DNA of 64,000 nt from an uncultured Gemmatimonadales bacterium (GTDB lineage Bacteria > Gemmatimonadota > Gemmatimonadetes > Palauibacterales > Palauibacteraceae). Both the position numbers and the translations under genes were made by a program. Below the pieces are notes generated by a model that worked only from the letters and a program-made list of their open reading frames with translations, searched no databases and had not been told where the DNA came from. The stretch is taken from NCBI GenBank assembly GCA_963807645.1, contig CAWECO010000005.1:23510-87509 (forward strand), read 5' to 3'. Below, piece by piece: positions 10,679 to 22,410 of this stretch (its first letter is position 1; every line of letters starts with the position of its first letter).

Positions 10679-12169
10679 CTATTCTCCCTCCACCCGCACG
10701 ACCCTGATGCCCTGCCCTTCCAGCCACATCGCCCGACCGTCCGGGCCCCACTCGACCGTGATCTTCAGGTCGGCCTCGACCGCCATGAAGGTCTCCGGGC
10801 CGGTTCGAACGAGCCGGGCCGGCGGCTCACCGTTGGCGCCCAGCATCAGACCGTCGTCTCCAAGGAACACCTGGACCTCGAGGTCGGGCGGCGGACTCGC
10901 GACCCGATAGTGCCCCACCATTCCCGCGGCCTCTTCCTCGGATAGCGGGACCTCGGTAATGACGCGCGGCGCGATGTCGTCCCAGCCGTAGACGGCGGCC
11001 ACGCCCAGCAGGACTTCCTCCATCAGGGCGCCGCCGGTGTCGCTGTTGGTCAGAACCGCCACTCCGCGTCCCGAATCGGCGTAGCCCTGGAAGGCGCCGC
11101 GGAACCCCTCGTTGGCCCCACCGTGCCCGAACCGGAGAGCGCCCTCCTGGATCAGCGCCGGACCGAGGCCGTGACCGCCAACCCCGGGCATCAGCACCTG
11201 GTCCACCATCGCCTTCGACAGGATGAGGCCTTCTTCGCCGGCCCGGGCACGCTGGATCTGGTCCACGTACTTCAGGAGATCCGAGGGCGTGGTCCACAGA
11301 CCGGCGGCCGCCATCTCGGGGTACGTGTGCCAGTTGCCCTCGACCGGCTCGCCTCCGGGCCGGTGCCCGGTCGTGGCCCGCGACCACAGGCTGTCGGGGA
11401 GCGGCTGCTCGTACGTGCTCTCCGTCATGCCCGCCGGATCCAGGACGTACTCCCGCATGACCTGGGCGAAGGGCTGGCCTCGCACGTCCTCGATCAGCTG
11501 CTGCATCACGGTGTAACCGCCACCGGAATAGCGGTGGATGGTGCCCGGCTCGATGTCGATCCGGATCGGGTCCGTATTCGCGGGTCCTGATCCATCGAGC
11601 ACTTCGATCGTCGTCGCGACGTCTTCCCCGCGGGCGTAGCCGGGAAATCCGTGCACCGTCAGCCCGGCCGAGTGCGTGAGCAGACGACGCAGCGTGACCG
11701 GTTCCCCGTTCGCGGCGTCGCTCGCGGGCACCTTCCAGGACGTCAGGTACTCGTTGACGTCCGTGTCGAGATCGACGAGTCCTTCCTCGACCAGCTGCAG
11801 CGCGGCCGACCCCCGCCACCGGCTTGGACATGGAGGCCGCCTGGAAGAGCGTATGCGCATCCACCGGCTCGCCGGTCGAGACATCGCTCACCCCGTAGCC
11901 CCGCGCCCACTCGATCTTGCCGTCGTTCAGCACCGCGACGCTCGCGCCCGGCACTCCGTAGAACTCCATGCGCTCTTCGAGCGTGAATGCCGCCTCGGGT
12001 CGCCCTTCGACCTGCACGGAGGTGAGGATCCGGCCCTCGACGAGGGTCGCTCGCTCTTCCGGCGTCGGGATCTGTTCCCCATCGGCGGGTTCCTGGTCGG
12101 CGCACGCCAGCGGCGCGGTCAGTAGGACCGCAAGCAAGAGCGCCTGCAGCGGACGATCGAGGACGAGCT

Positions 12170-12173
<4 letters not shown>
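10679..12173 (-). CDS. Beta-lactamase-fold serine hydrolase (class C / D-aminopeptidase-like family) lipoprotein; one frameshift near 11820
   Basis: ATG 12173 gives MKLVLDRPLQALLLAVLLTAPLAC (lipobox). The S-x-x-K motif ASMSKPV is in ORF 10827..12266. The rest is in ORF 10679..11884 (YSGGGY, HGGANEGF, extra C-terminal domain). The ATG overlaps the upstream gene's stop (ATGA at 12173-12170). Confidence 0.85.
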
Positions 12174-13585
<1,412 letters not shown>

Positions 13586-13592
13586 CGGCTCG

Positions 13593-14689
13593 TCAACGCG
13601 ACCCGGAGAATTCGCTCACCGAAGGAAGGCCCTCGAGACCGTTCGCCGCCCGCACCGCATCGAGGATCGCTTCGGCCACGACCTCCGCCGCCACCGCGCC
13701 GAGCACGATCAGGTCCGCCTCGCCTTCGATCTCTCCGGTCGCCAGCGAGAAGATCGTGTCGCCGTCCCACGGCGTGTGCGCCGGGTAGATCGCGCGGGCC
13801 AGGCCGTCGTGCGCCATCTGCGCCAGCTTGGTCGCCTGCGCCTTGGTCAGGGTGGCATTCGTCGCCACGACTCCGATCGTCGTGTTCTCGCCGGATGCGC
13901 CGACGAGGCCGGTCCGCGTGAGGATCAGCTTCCGGGCGTCGGTGAACCCGGTCCCGTCTTCGTTTCGGATCCCGGCGATCACCTCGCCCGTGGCCGGATC
14001 GACCACGTCGCCCACCGCGTTGACCGCGACGATCGCCGCCACGACCACGCCGCCCGGAAGCTCGATCGACGCGGTGCCGATTCCGCCCTTCATGGCCCGG
14101 TCCATGCCGGCCAGCTTGCCGACCGTGGCGCCGGCTCCGGCGCCGATGCTGCCGCGCGCGACGTTGCCGCCTGACGCCGCGTCGGCCGCCGCGTATCCGC
14201 AGTCCGCGCCGGGTCGGATCGCCGAGTCTCCGATCCCGAGGTCGAACAGGATGGCGCCGGTGACGATCGGGATGGTCGAACCCCAGGCGTCGAGGCCGGT
14301 CCCGTGCTCTTCCAGCCAGCGCACCGCCCGGACACCGCGTCGAGTCCGAACAGGCTGCCGCCGGAAAGAACGACGCCGTGGACCTCCTGGACCGTGTTCA
14401 CCGGGTCGAGCAGGTCGGTGTCCCGTGTGCCCGGCGCTCCGCCGCGGACATCGACTCCGCCGACGGCCCCGCCACGCGCCAGGATCACCGTGCAGCCCGT
14501 CGGACGCTCGGCCAGCGTGTGGTGACCGACCTCGATCCCGGCCACGTCGGTGATGGAGTTCGGTCTGCGTCGCCGCCCGACCTTCGGAAGCCGTCGGCCG
14601 GTCCCGCTCCTGCTGGGCGCACCCGGCAGCGGGCAGCGCGAGAAGCGCCACGACTGCCAGGGCCGGAATCCCGCCGCGCCGATTCGCAC
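13593..14689 (-). CDS. Peptidase family S58 (DmpA/BapA-like aminopeptidase); 1-3 frame breaks
   Basis: PNSITDVAGIEVGHHTLAERPTGCTVIL...GGAPGTRDTDLL...VHGVVLSGGSLFGLDA is in ORF 14090..15085. The C-terminal two thirds (GSIGAGAGATVGK...NTTIGVVATNA...HDGLARAI.P.HT..DGDT) are in ORF 13593..14651. A lipoprotein-like leader (IPALAVVALLALPAAGC) appears in the other frame. Confidence 0.8.
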
Positions 14690-16020
14690 TAGTGGCCCTC
14701 CGCCTCGCGGGTGGACTTCACGGTGATCGTCTCCAGGCCGTGCGCGTGCGGACCCATCTCCTCCCGCCTGAGCATGAAGGCGAAGAAGAACCCGAGGAAG
14801 CCGAGGACCGAGAAGATCCACATTCCCGAGCGCGTAACCGCCCGGGTTCGCGGCGCTGGCGCCGGAGTAGTCGTTGGCCGCCCCGATCATCCAGTTGAAC
14901 CCGAACAGGCCGATGTTCTGGATCATCGTCATCAGGCCGTAGGCCGTGCCGAGCTTGGCTTCGTCGACGAGGTAGGCCACCGACGGCCACATCACGGCCG
15001 GCATCAGGGAGAACGCGATCCCCATGATCGCCATCGGAACCACGAGGCTGACGGACGTGTAGGCCATCATCAGGTAGACGGGCACCAGCAGCAGCGAGCC
15101 CGAACATCATGAACAGCGAGCGGCGACCGACCCGGTCCACCAGCAGGCCGAACAGCGGCGTGCAAGATCATCGCGAACAGGGTGAGGATGCTGGACAGGA
15201 AGCCCGCGCTCTCCCGGGTCGCGCCGTGCGCATCCTGGAAGAACTTGATGGCGAACGTCTGGAACGGGAAGATCGCCGAGTAGAAGGTCACGCACAGCAG
15301 GACGACCCAGAGGTAGGAGCGGCCGAAGCGGAACAGGTCGGCCCATTCCACCCTGTCCGTCTCGCCCGCCTCGCCCAGGTCGTAGCGCTTCTCCGCCCGG
15401 TCCTCGAGCACCCAGTAGACCAGCGCGCCGATGACGCAGAACGTGGCGAACACGACCGTGATCAGCAGCGGCGTCTGCCAGTTCTCGAACGCCGGCCGGG
15501 CCCAGGTCGGCGAGTTCAGTGCCAGCGAACGAGCCCAGCCGGGCGATCGTCAGGTTCACCCCGAAGGCGAAGCTCAGCTCCTTGCCCCGGAACCAGCGCG
15601 CCATGCCCACGGTGACCGCCACGATCAGCGACTCGGCGCCGATCCCGAAGATCAGCCGGCCGGCCGCCATGACGTCGAACTCGCCGGTCGCTGCCGTGAC
15701 CGCCGCGCCGACGAAGCAGAGCACGCCGAACAGCAGCGTGGCCTTCTTGACGCCGATCCGGTCGATGATGATCCCGCCGATCAGGACCATGATGATGTTC
15801 GGGAAGCTGTAGATCGCGTTCAGCGTGCCGATGTCGGCTGTCCGAGAAGCCGAGCTGGTCTCGTAGCACGTCGGCCAGCGGGCTGATGGCGTCGTAGACG
15901 TAGTAGTTGCCGAACATCGCCAGGCTGATCGAAGACCAGCACGACCCAGCGGAACAGCGCCGGGGGCGGTGGCTTCAGGCCGGCTCCGGCACCGGAGGAC
16001 GGATTCTGGTCAGAATTCAT
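14689..16020 (-). pseudogene. MFS transporter (MFSD1-like putative peptide/solute carrier); 6 frame breaks as sequenced
   Basis: One protein can be followed through ORFs 15820..16020, 15516..15917 (MFGNYYVYDAISPLADVLRDQLGFSDS), 15107..15790, 15070..15453, 14718..15140 and 14090..15085. A last frame ends ...GMWIFSVLGFLGFFFAFMLRREEMGPHAHGLETITVKSTREAEGH-TAG (14691-14689). Confidence 0.7.
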
Positions 16021-16211
16021 GGCTCTCGTGGATCGGCGAGGAAGGCCCGCCTCGGGCCGGGAACGAGAGCGAAGTTAGGGGAGGATTCGGCGGTGAGCCA
16101 GCGGGAACATTGAACCTGCAGGTCAGCTTCGACCTGGAGCGGGAGCAGGGCCTTCTCGGAGACCGCCGGACCGAAAGGCCCTTCCCCGCTCTGCCTGAGG
16201 TGAACAGCAGG

Positions 16212-17108
16212 TCAGCTCGGCTTGATCGTCGCCACGTCCGCCAGCCCCATGGCCTCGTACAGCTGGCCGTACAGCGGGTCGGCCGCCTCGTTCATCGGGC
16301 CGACGACGCCGAAGTCGAAGCCCACGACGCTGCGGAACGGCCGCGTGCCCGGCGCCATGTCGACGAGTTCGACGAACCTGTCCACCACCAGGTCCGGGTT
16401 CGTGTTGACCTCGTCGCCCTCGAACAGCTGCTCGAACGCGGCGCCCATTCCCTCGGTCGCCGCGTGCAGGGCGGCGGGATAGGTCGCGGCCCGGCCCTCC
16501 TCGTCCGCGGGCTGCGGGGTGCGCGGGAACAGCTCGGTCGTGAACGGACCCGGCTCGACGACCACCACGTCCACGCCGGCCGAGGCGAGCTCGGTGCGGA
16601 AGCCCAGCGAGTATCCTTCCACGGCCCACTTGCTGGCGTGGTAGACGCCGAACAGCGGGGCGCCGAAGCGGCCGGCGATCGAGCTCACGTTGATGACCAG
16701 TCCGTCGCCCTTCTCACGCATGGCCGGCAGGAAGGCCCGCGACACGCGGTGGATCCCCACCACGTTCACGTCCAGCTGCCGGGCCAGCTCATCCGGCGTG
16801 AAGGCCTCGGTCAGGCCCATGTACATCTGGCCCGCGTTGTTGATCAGCGCATCCGGCGCGCCGGACTCGGCGAGCACGGTCTCCGCCGCCGCGTTCACCG
16901 ACGCGTCGGACGTGACGTCCATCTCGAGCACGCGAAGGTCGATTCCCTCGTCCGCCGCGGCCGAGCGCAGGGCGCCGGCAGGTTCCTGGTTCTTGCCGTC
17001 CACGCCGCGCATGGTGGCGTAGACCCGGTCTCCGCGTCGGGCGAAGCGAAGCGCAGCGAGGTATCCGAATCCGGTGCTGCATCCGGTGATGACGATGGTC
17101 CTGGGCAC
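16212..17108 (-). CDS. SDR family oxidoreductase
   Basis: GTG 17108 is preceded by AAAGGAGG (4-nt spacer). Motifs: TGCSTGFG (TGxxxGxG), NNAG, and YHASK (YxxxK) after ISSIAG. Confidence 0.9.
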   Translation of the reverse strand: MPRTIVITGCSTGFGYLAALRFARRGDRVYATMRGVDGKNQEPAGALRSAAADEGIDLRVLEMDVTSDASVNAAAETVLAESGAPDALINNAGQMYMGLTEAFTPDELARQLDVNVVGIHRVSRAFLPAMREKGDGLVINVSSIAGRFGAPLFGVYHASKWAVEGYSLGFRTELASAGVDVVVVEPGPFTTELFPRTPQPADEEGRAATYPAALHAATEGMGAAFEQLFEGDEVNTNPDLVVDRFVELVDMAPGTRPFRSVVGFDFGVVGPMNEAADPLYGQLYEAMGLADVATIKPS

Positions 17109-17266
17109 GGGGCCTCCTTTGTGGTTTGTCGTCGGTTCGGCCCCAAGTATAGAAGATGAGGCGTCATGGAAGGTCCGATGCTCCCCCACGCGGCCGCGGC
17201 TCGCTACATTGAGGGACCCACCCTCCCTCTCTCGCCGTGAGAACGCTCGACCAAGGCAGGCCTGCC

Positions 17267-18629
17267 ATGACTGGCTCAGCGTCCGCCGCCCCCGTGCAGG
17301 AAGACCTCAACCCGTTCCACATCGCGCAGCAGCAGTTCGAGCACGCGATCCGCTACCTGCCGGAGTTTCAGAAGGGACTGGTCGACTACCTGGTCCGGCC
17401 GGAGCGCGTGCTCATCACCGAGTTTCCGATCGAGACGTCCAACGGGACGGTGCGGAACTTCACCGGATACCGGGTGCTGCATAACCGGGCCAGGGGTCCC
17501 GGCAAGGGCGGGATCCGCTACCACCCGGACGTGACCGCCGACGAGGTGCGGGCGCTGGCCACGTGGATGACCTGGAAGTGCGCGGTGATGGACATCCCGT
17601 TCGGCGGGGCCAAGGGCGGCGTGATCTGCAATCCCAAGGAGCTCACGAAGGACGACCTGCGGAAGATCACCCGCCGCTTCATCGCGGAACTCGGCGACGC
17701 GATCGGCCCGCACACGGACGTGCCGGCGCCGGACGTGAACACGAGCGCCGAGACCATGGCCTGGGTGTTCGACACCTACGACATGATGCACTCCGGCCGG
17801 AACAACCTCCCCGTCGTGACCGGGAAGCCGGTGGAAATGGGAGGTTCGTACGGCCGCAACGAGGCCACGTCGCGGGGCTGCCTGTTCTGCACGCAGCACG
17901 CGCTGTCGCGTGGCCTGGTGCCGGGACTCGACTCGGTGGACGGAGCGACGGTCGTGGTCCAGGGATTCGGCAACGCGGGCTCGATCGCCGCCCAGCTGTA
18001 CGCCGAGCAGGGATCGAAGATCATCGCGGGCAGTGACTCTCGTGGAGCGATCTTCAGCGCCGACGGATTCGATCCCGACGAGGCCGTGGCTCACAAGAAG
18101 GAGACGGGCTCGGTGGTCGGGCTTCCTGGAACGGAGGAGATCAGCAACGAGGAGCTGCTGGCGCTCGAGTGCGACATCCTCATTCCGGCAGCGCTCGAGA
18201 ACCAGATCCGGGCCGACAACGCGGACGACGTGAAGGCCCGGCTCGTCGCCGAGGCCGCCAACGGCCCCACGACTCCGGCCGCCGACCGGATCCTGGCCGA
18301 GAAGGGGATCCCCGTCCTGCCCGACATCCTGGCCAACGCCGGCGGGGTCACGGTCAGCTACTACGAGTGGGTGCAGAACATCGAGAACGAGCAGTGGGAC
18401 GAGGAAGAGGTCAACGCGAAGCTGCTCCGCAAGATGACGCGGGCCACCGACTCCGTGCTCGACACGCGGGAGCAGGATCAACGGTACGCTTTCCGAGATC
18501 GAGACGACGCGCCAGGAGCTGAGTCGTGGCAATGACCCACTCGAAGAAATCGACCTGCGAACGGCCGCCTACATCCTCGCGGTGAAGCGTGTGGCGGACG
18601 TGACTCTGCGCAGGGGGATCTGGCCCTAA
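17267..18629 (+). CDS. gdh: NAD(P)-dependent glutamate dehydrogenase (Glu/Leu/Phe/Val dehydrogenase family); one frameshift near 18478
   Basis: Motifs KGGIRYHP, PFGGAKGG and GFGNAG (Rossmann). After ...DSVLDTREQ an extra G shifts the frame. The shifted frame reads INGTLSEIETTRQELSRGNDPLEEIDLRTAAYILAVKRVADVTLRRGIWP-TAA (18627-18629). Confidence 0.9.
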
Positions 18630-18669
18630 AACAAATGTGTGGTGATCTGCGCCTTCGATGAGTCAGAGG

Positions 18670-18718
18670 TCGGTTGAATCCGACATCGGTTGAGGATCTG
18701 GGGTCGGTTGAGGATCTG
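18670..18718 (+). repeat. Three direct copies of TCGGTTGA; two are exact 15-mers (TCGGTTGAGGATCTG) in the leader of the HNH gene
   Basis: TCGGTTGAATC at 18670. TCGGTTGAGGATCTG at 18686-18700 and again at 18704-18718. The surrounding segment 18630-18850 is visibly less GC-rich than the flanks. Confidence 0.8.
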
Positions 18719-18851
18719 TTGAGCTTTCCTCCCGAATCCGGGCCTCTTTGAGGGCTATTCGTTGAAGGTTCGTTGCGAGCTTCGGTGTATATTCGTGTGT
18801 AGGCGATCCCCTCGTGGAATTCGCAACCACCGACACCGGAGATGAGCACGG

Positions 18852-20259
18852 ATGATCCAGTTCGCCCCTCTCGCCCTCGATTTCTCGCGCGTCCGCGAGG
18901 CGGCTGAGGTCTACGTGCCGCCTGCCCTCGACCCGGCTCCCGGTCCAGACGTCGACGTCGATGCGATCGAGGAGTTGGAAGAAGAGATCGTGATCCTCGC
19001 GGCCCACCTCCACGCGGGCGATCACCGTCTTCTGAAGCTTGTGGCCGAGTTCGATCGGCTGCGCGGCTGGGAACTCGGCGGTCACCGGTCCTGCGCGCAC
19101 TGGCTTGCGTTCCGCACCGGGATCGACCTCGGCGCGTGCCGTGAGCGAGTGCGGGCGGCGCGGGCCCTCGCGGACCTGCCGGAGATCAGCGCATCCATGA
19201 GCCGCGGCGAGCTCTCCTTCGCCGCCGTCCGTGCCCTGACCCGGGTGGCCACGCCCGAGAACGCAGTCCGACCTCCTGGAGCTGGCCCAGGGCTGCACGG
19301 CCGCCCAGCTCGAGCGCATGGTGAGGAGCTTCAAGCTCGGGAGTCGGCAGGACGAAACGGTTCGGGAGAGGGAGCGCCACGAGAGCCGGGCCCTCTCCGT
19401 GTTTCCGGACTCCGACGGAATGTACGTAGTGCACGGCCGGCTCACGCCCGAGCAGGGGGCGCTCCTGATGCGAGCCGTCGAGGCGGCCTCGGACTCCCTG
19501 TACCGGGCCAGAGACGTTTCCGCGGAAACGTCTTCGGCGGACGACGCGGCCCAACGACGGGCCGACGCCCTGGCCCTGGTGGCCGAGCGGGCGCTCGCGA
19601 CCGGGTTCGGAGACGAGGCCTCTCCCTTCAGCGGGACGAAAGCCGAGCGGTACCAGGTACTGCTGCACGTAGACGCGGACACCCTCGAGTCCGGTGGCAG
19701 CGGGCTCGGCCGCTCCGAGCTGGAGGACGGGACACGCGTTTCCGCGGAAACGTCGAGGCGGCTGTCCTGTGACGCGTCGGTCGTCCCGATCGGCCATGCC
19801 CGGAACGGATCAGTGCTGGATGTTGGACGGAAGGCGCGCACCGTACCGCCGGCGCTGCGCCGAGCGCTCGAGGCTCGGGACCACGGTTGCCGCTTCCCCG
19901 GCTGCGGACTTCGGTTCACGGACGCGCATCACGTCGAACACTGGGCCGATGGAGGCGAGACCAAGCTCGAGAACCTGGTGCTCCTGTGCGCCCACCATCA
20001 CCGGCTGATGCATGAAGAGGGCTGGAAGGTGGAGTGGTGGGCCGAGAACCGCCCCTCTTTTACGGATCCGAGAGGCCAGGTGCACTGGAACGCGAGGCCG
20101 CCAGAGCGCGAACTCCCTTCCGATCCAGTCGAGAGCCTCATTCGGGAGAACCGGAGCCGCGGCGTTCAGCCCGACTTCCGCACGGCCGGCGCACGGTGGA
20201 AGCGCGAGGCTGATATCCCCGACGACGTCTACTTCATGGCCCGCGAGGCGCTGGGTTGA
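18852..20259 (+). CDS. DUF222 + HNH endonuclease domain protein (REP13E12-like selfish-element-type gene); one frameshift near 19266-19270
   Basis: The N-terminal part is ORF 18852..19772 (...HLHAGDHRLLKLVAEFDRLRGWE...SFAAVRALTRVATPEN). It continues in ORF 19318..20259 (DLLELAQGCTAAQLERMVR...). The HNH region reads RDHGCRFPGCG...HHVEHWADGGETKLENLVLLCAHHHRLMHE. Confidence 0.85.
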
Positions 20260-20262
20260 AAC

Positions 20263-20508
20263 TCAGGCGTTATGCGGGCAGCAGCCGCCAGTGCCGCAAG
20301 CCGGACCCGAGCTCGATCCCGTCGACCCACCTGTCATCGGCACGGGCGCGCCCATCAGCTTCCGCAGCGGAGCGTCGGCCGGCGTGTCACCGGATTCGAT
20401 TCCAGCCAGTTCGCACAGCTCGCCCCACGTCTTCACGGACTCGGACATGCCGTGCCGCACCTCGACCGTGCGATCGTTGGCCTCACAGTAATAGTCGTAC
20501 AGTGCCAC
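20263..20508 (-). CDS. Small FmdB-like zinc-ribbon family protein
   Basis: MALYDYYCEANDRTVEVRHGMSE... with a Cys-rich C-terminus (PACGTGGCCPH). Assignment is from memory of FmdB-type small proteins. Confidence 0.55.
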   Translation of the reverse strand: MALYDYYCEANDRTVEVRHGMSESVKTWGELCELAGIESGDTPADAPLRKLMGAPVPMTGGSTGSSSGPACGTGGCCPHNA

Positions 20509-20631
20509 GATTCACTCCTTCTATTCGTCCCCGCGGGCTGCAACGATCCGAACCCGCGCATTATTCTCAATACCATTATACGCCGGGGGTTCCCCTCGAC
20601 GGCAGGGCCCGAGGCTCCCTCAGCGAGGCGC

Positions 20632-20865
20632 TCAGTCTCTGCGCGTGTGCCGGATGGCGTACGCGTAGGTGCGCGAAAGCGCCCGTTCGGCCATCGCCTG
20701 CACTTGCCGGTTGATCAAGCCGGCCGCGGCGTCCCAGGCGTGCGACCACGCGAGGAACAGGGGTCGGAACACGGCCAGGCTGAACAGGAAGCTCAGGGTC
20801 AGGACGAACAGGATCGGAATCGCCCACGCGGCGACGATCAGCGGGATGCCGATGAGCTGGAGCAT
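20632..20865 (-). CDS. Small hypothetical membrane protein (77 aa, two hydrophobic helices)
   Basis: ATG 20865 is preceded by AAGGAGG with a 5-nt spacer. Sequence begins MLQLIGIPLIVAAWAIPILFVLTLSFLFSLAVF. Confidence 0.55.
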   Translation of the reverse strand: MLQLIGIPLIVAAWAIPILFVLTLSFLFSLAVFRPLFLAWSHAWDAAAGLINRQVQAMAERALSRTYAYAIRHTRRD

Positions 20866-20955
20866 GCCTACCTCCTTGGGCGAGTCATCCCTACGGAATG
20901 CCCTACCCCGGAAGCGCATGATGGATTCGTCATGCACTTCCGGGTCGGAGCAGAG

Positions 20956-22116
20956 CTACCGGTCACCCCCGAACTGGTCGACGACGCTCGAATCGAGGGC
21001 GTCGGGGTGCACCATGTACGCCAGCACGCGCATCGCCATCGAGTCCCCGCGGATCCAGACGTAGCCGCGCCGGCCCGAACCGGTGCCGTGCGAGTTCTTG
21101 ATCAGATACCAATCCACTCCGTCCACCACCCGATGGTCCACGGCCAAAACCAGGTGATCATCCGTGGTTCGGCCTTCGGCGAAGTCTGCCTGCCGCGATT
21201 CCTGGTCGATCGCCGCATCGCCGAGCTGATCCGGATGGATGACCGCGATTCCGGCGCCGTTCCAGGACGCTCCCTTGTCCCCCCAGTCCGTATCGATCAC
21301 CACCGGATACCCGGCGTCGAGAGCCCGGTTGATCGTCTGCATGTAGGCGTCGAGCGGGAGGTTGAAGTAGCCGTCGTAGTCCCACCAGTTGTCGGGGACG
21401 TCCAGCTCACCGCGCCCGTAGAAGGGGATGTCCGTGTAGGACGTGATCTCCCAGTAGCTGGCTGGATCTAGCGCCAGGTATTCGGTTGCGTACTCGACCG
21501 GAGTCATTGTCTTCCCGGCCACGGTGATGGCCTCCGGCGGGGGTGCGAGGTGACGATCGAGGACCTCGCGGATCTCGGCCACAACCACGTCCTCCGTCCA
21601 GTCACCGGATTCCTCGTGCGCCTTCAGAACCGCGTTCAAGTCGTTGCGCATCGCCCCGTAGTCCTCGACCACGGCGAAGTCGGACTCGGGAACGATGCCG
21701 TACTTCTCGACCAACCACGTCACGTCGTGGCTCAGTCCGCCGTCCGTGAAGCGAGCGTTCTCTCCCTGCCTGCGCGCGTACTCGCGGGCCTTCTCGACGT
21801 AGGCCCAGTAGACCACGTAGTACTCCGACAGGTCGAGCTCTTCCCTGGCCTCGTCGAGAGCGGCTACGACATCCTCGTTGGTGCGCAGGACTTCGGACTC
21901 GAAAAACGCCACGGTCGAAAAGCTCCAGCAACTGCCGCCTCGCTGTCGCTTGATCGACGTATGCTCGATATCCGTGCCGAGCCAATTCGGAGCCTGGATC
22001 TCGTCGAAGAACGCCTGGCGTTCGTCGACTTCGGCCTCGGACTGGGCTGACAGAAGGGCCGGAGTGACGATGACCGCGGCTGCGAGGGCCGCGAGGAAAC
22101 GCACTGGATGTCGCAT
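20956..22116 (-). CDS. Secreted C1 (papain-like) cysteine peptidase, aminopeptidase C/bleomycin-hydrolase-like
   Basis: Signal peptide MRHPVRFLAALAAAVIVTPALLSAQ. Catalytic Cys motif QRGGSCWSFS. A distal DHLVLAV...NSHG region fits the His/Asn part of the triad. Confidence 0.8.
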   Translation of the reverse strand: MRHPVRFLAALAAAVIVTPALLSAQSEAEVDERQAFFDEIQAPNWLGTDIEHTSIKRQRGGSCWSFSTVAFFESEVLRTNEDVVAALDEAREELDLSEYYVVYWAYVEKAREYARRQGENARFTDGGLSHDVTWLVEKYGIVPESDFAVVEDYGAMRNDLNAVLKAHEESGDWTEDVVVAEIREVLDRHLAPPPEAITVAGKTMTPVEYATEYLALDPASYWEITSYTDIPFYGRGELDVPDNWWDYDGYFNLPLDAYMQTINRALDAGYPVVIDTDWGDKGASWNGAGIAVIHPDQLGDAAIDQESRQADFAEGRTTDDHLVLAVDHRVVDGVDWYLIKNSHGTGSGRRGYVWIRGDSMAMRVLAYMVHPDALDSSVVDQFGGDR

Positions 22117-22410
22117 GGGTCCGCTCCGGGATCACTGGGCTTGATGCCTCCGAGTCGAGGCGCTTCAATCCATGGACGATTGGGCAAGAGTCGTGCGGCT
22201 GGCGCCGAACCTTCGAGCCTTGAATCGACACCGGGGGGAAAGCGAGGTCAGGTAGCTGTCGCGAAAGGACTTGCGCGGGTTCTCGTCCGTGGACTCAGGT
22301 TCGGACGGTCCGCTACGAGCGCCGACCCCGGACAGCCACGGCGTCATGTTGTCGACGCCGGATCGCCCGGGGGTGACAGGGTGTCACATCGCCCGCCTAT
22401 GATTCGCGTC

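Noticed and set aside
18852-20259. The HNH nuclease as part of a CRISPR-Cas or other defence system.
   Set aside because: There are no neighbouring cas or defence genes and no array. The DUF222 N-terminal domain points to the stand-alone REP13E12-like family.
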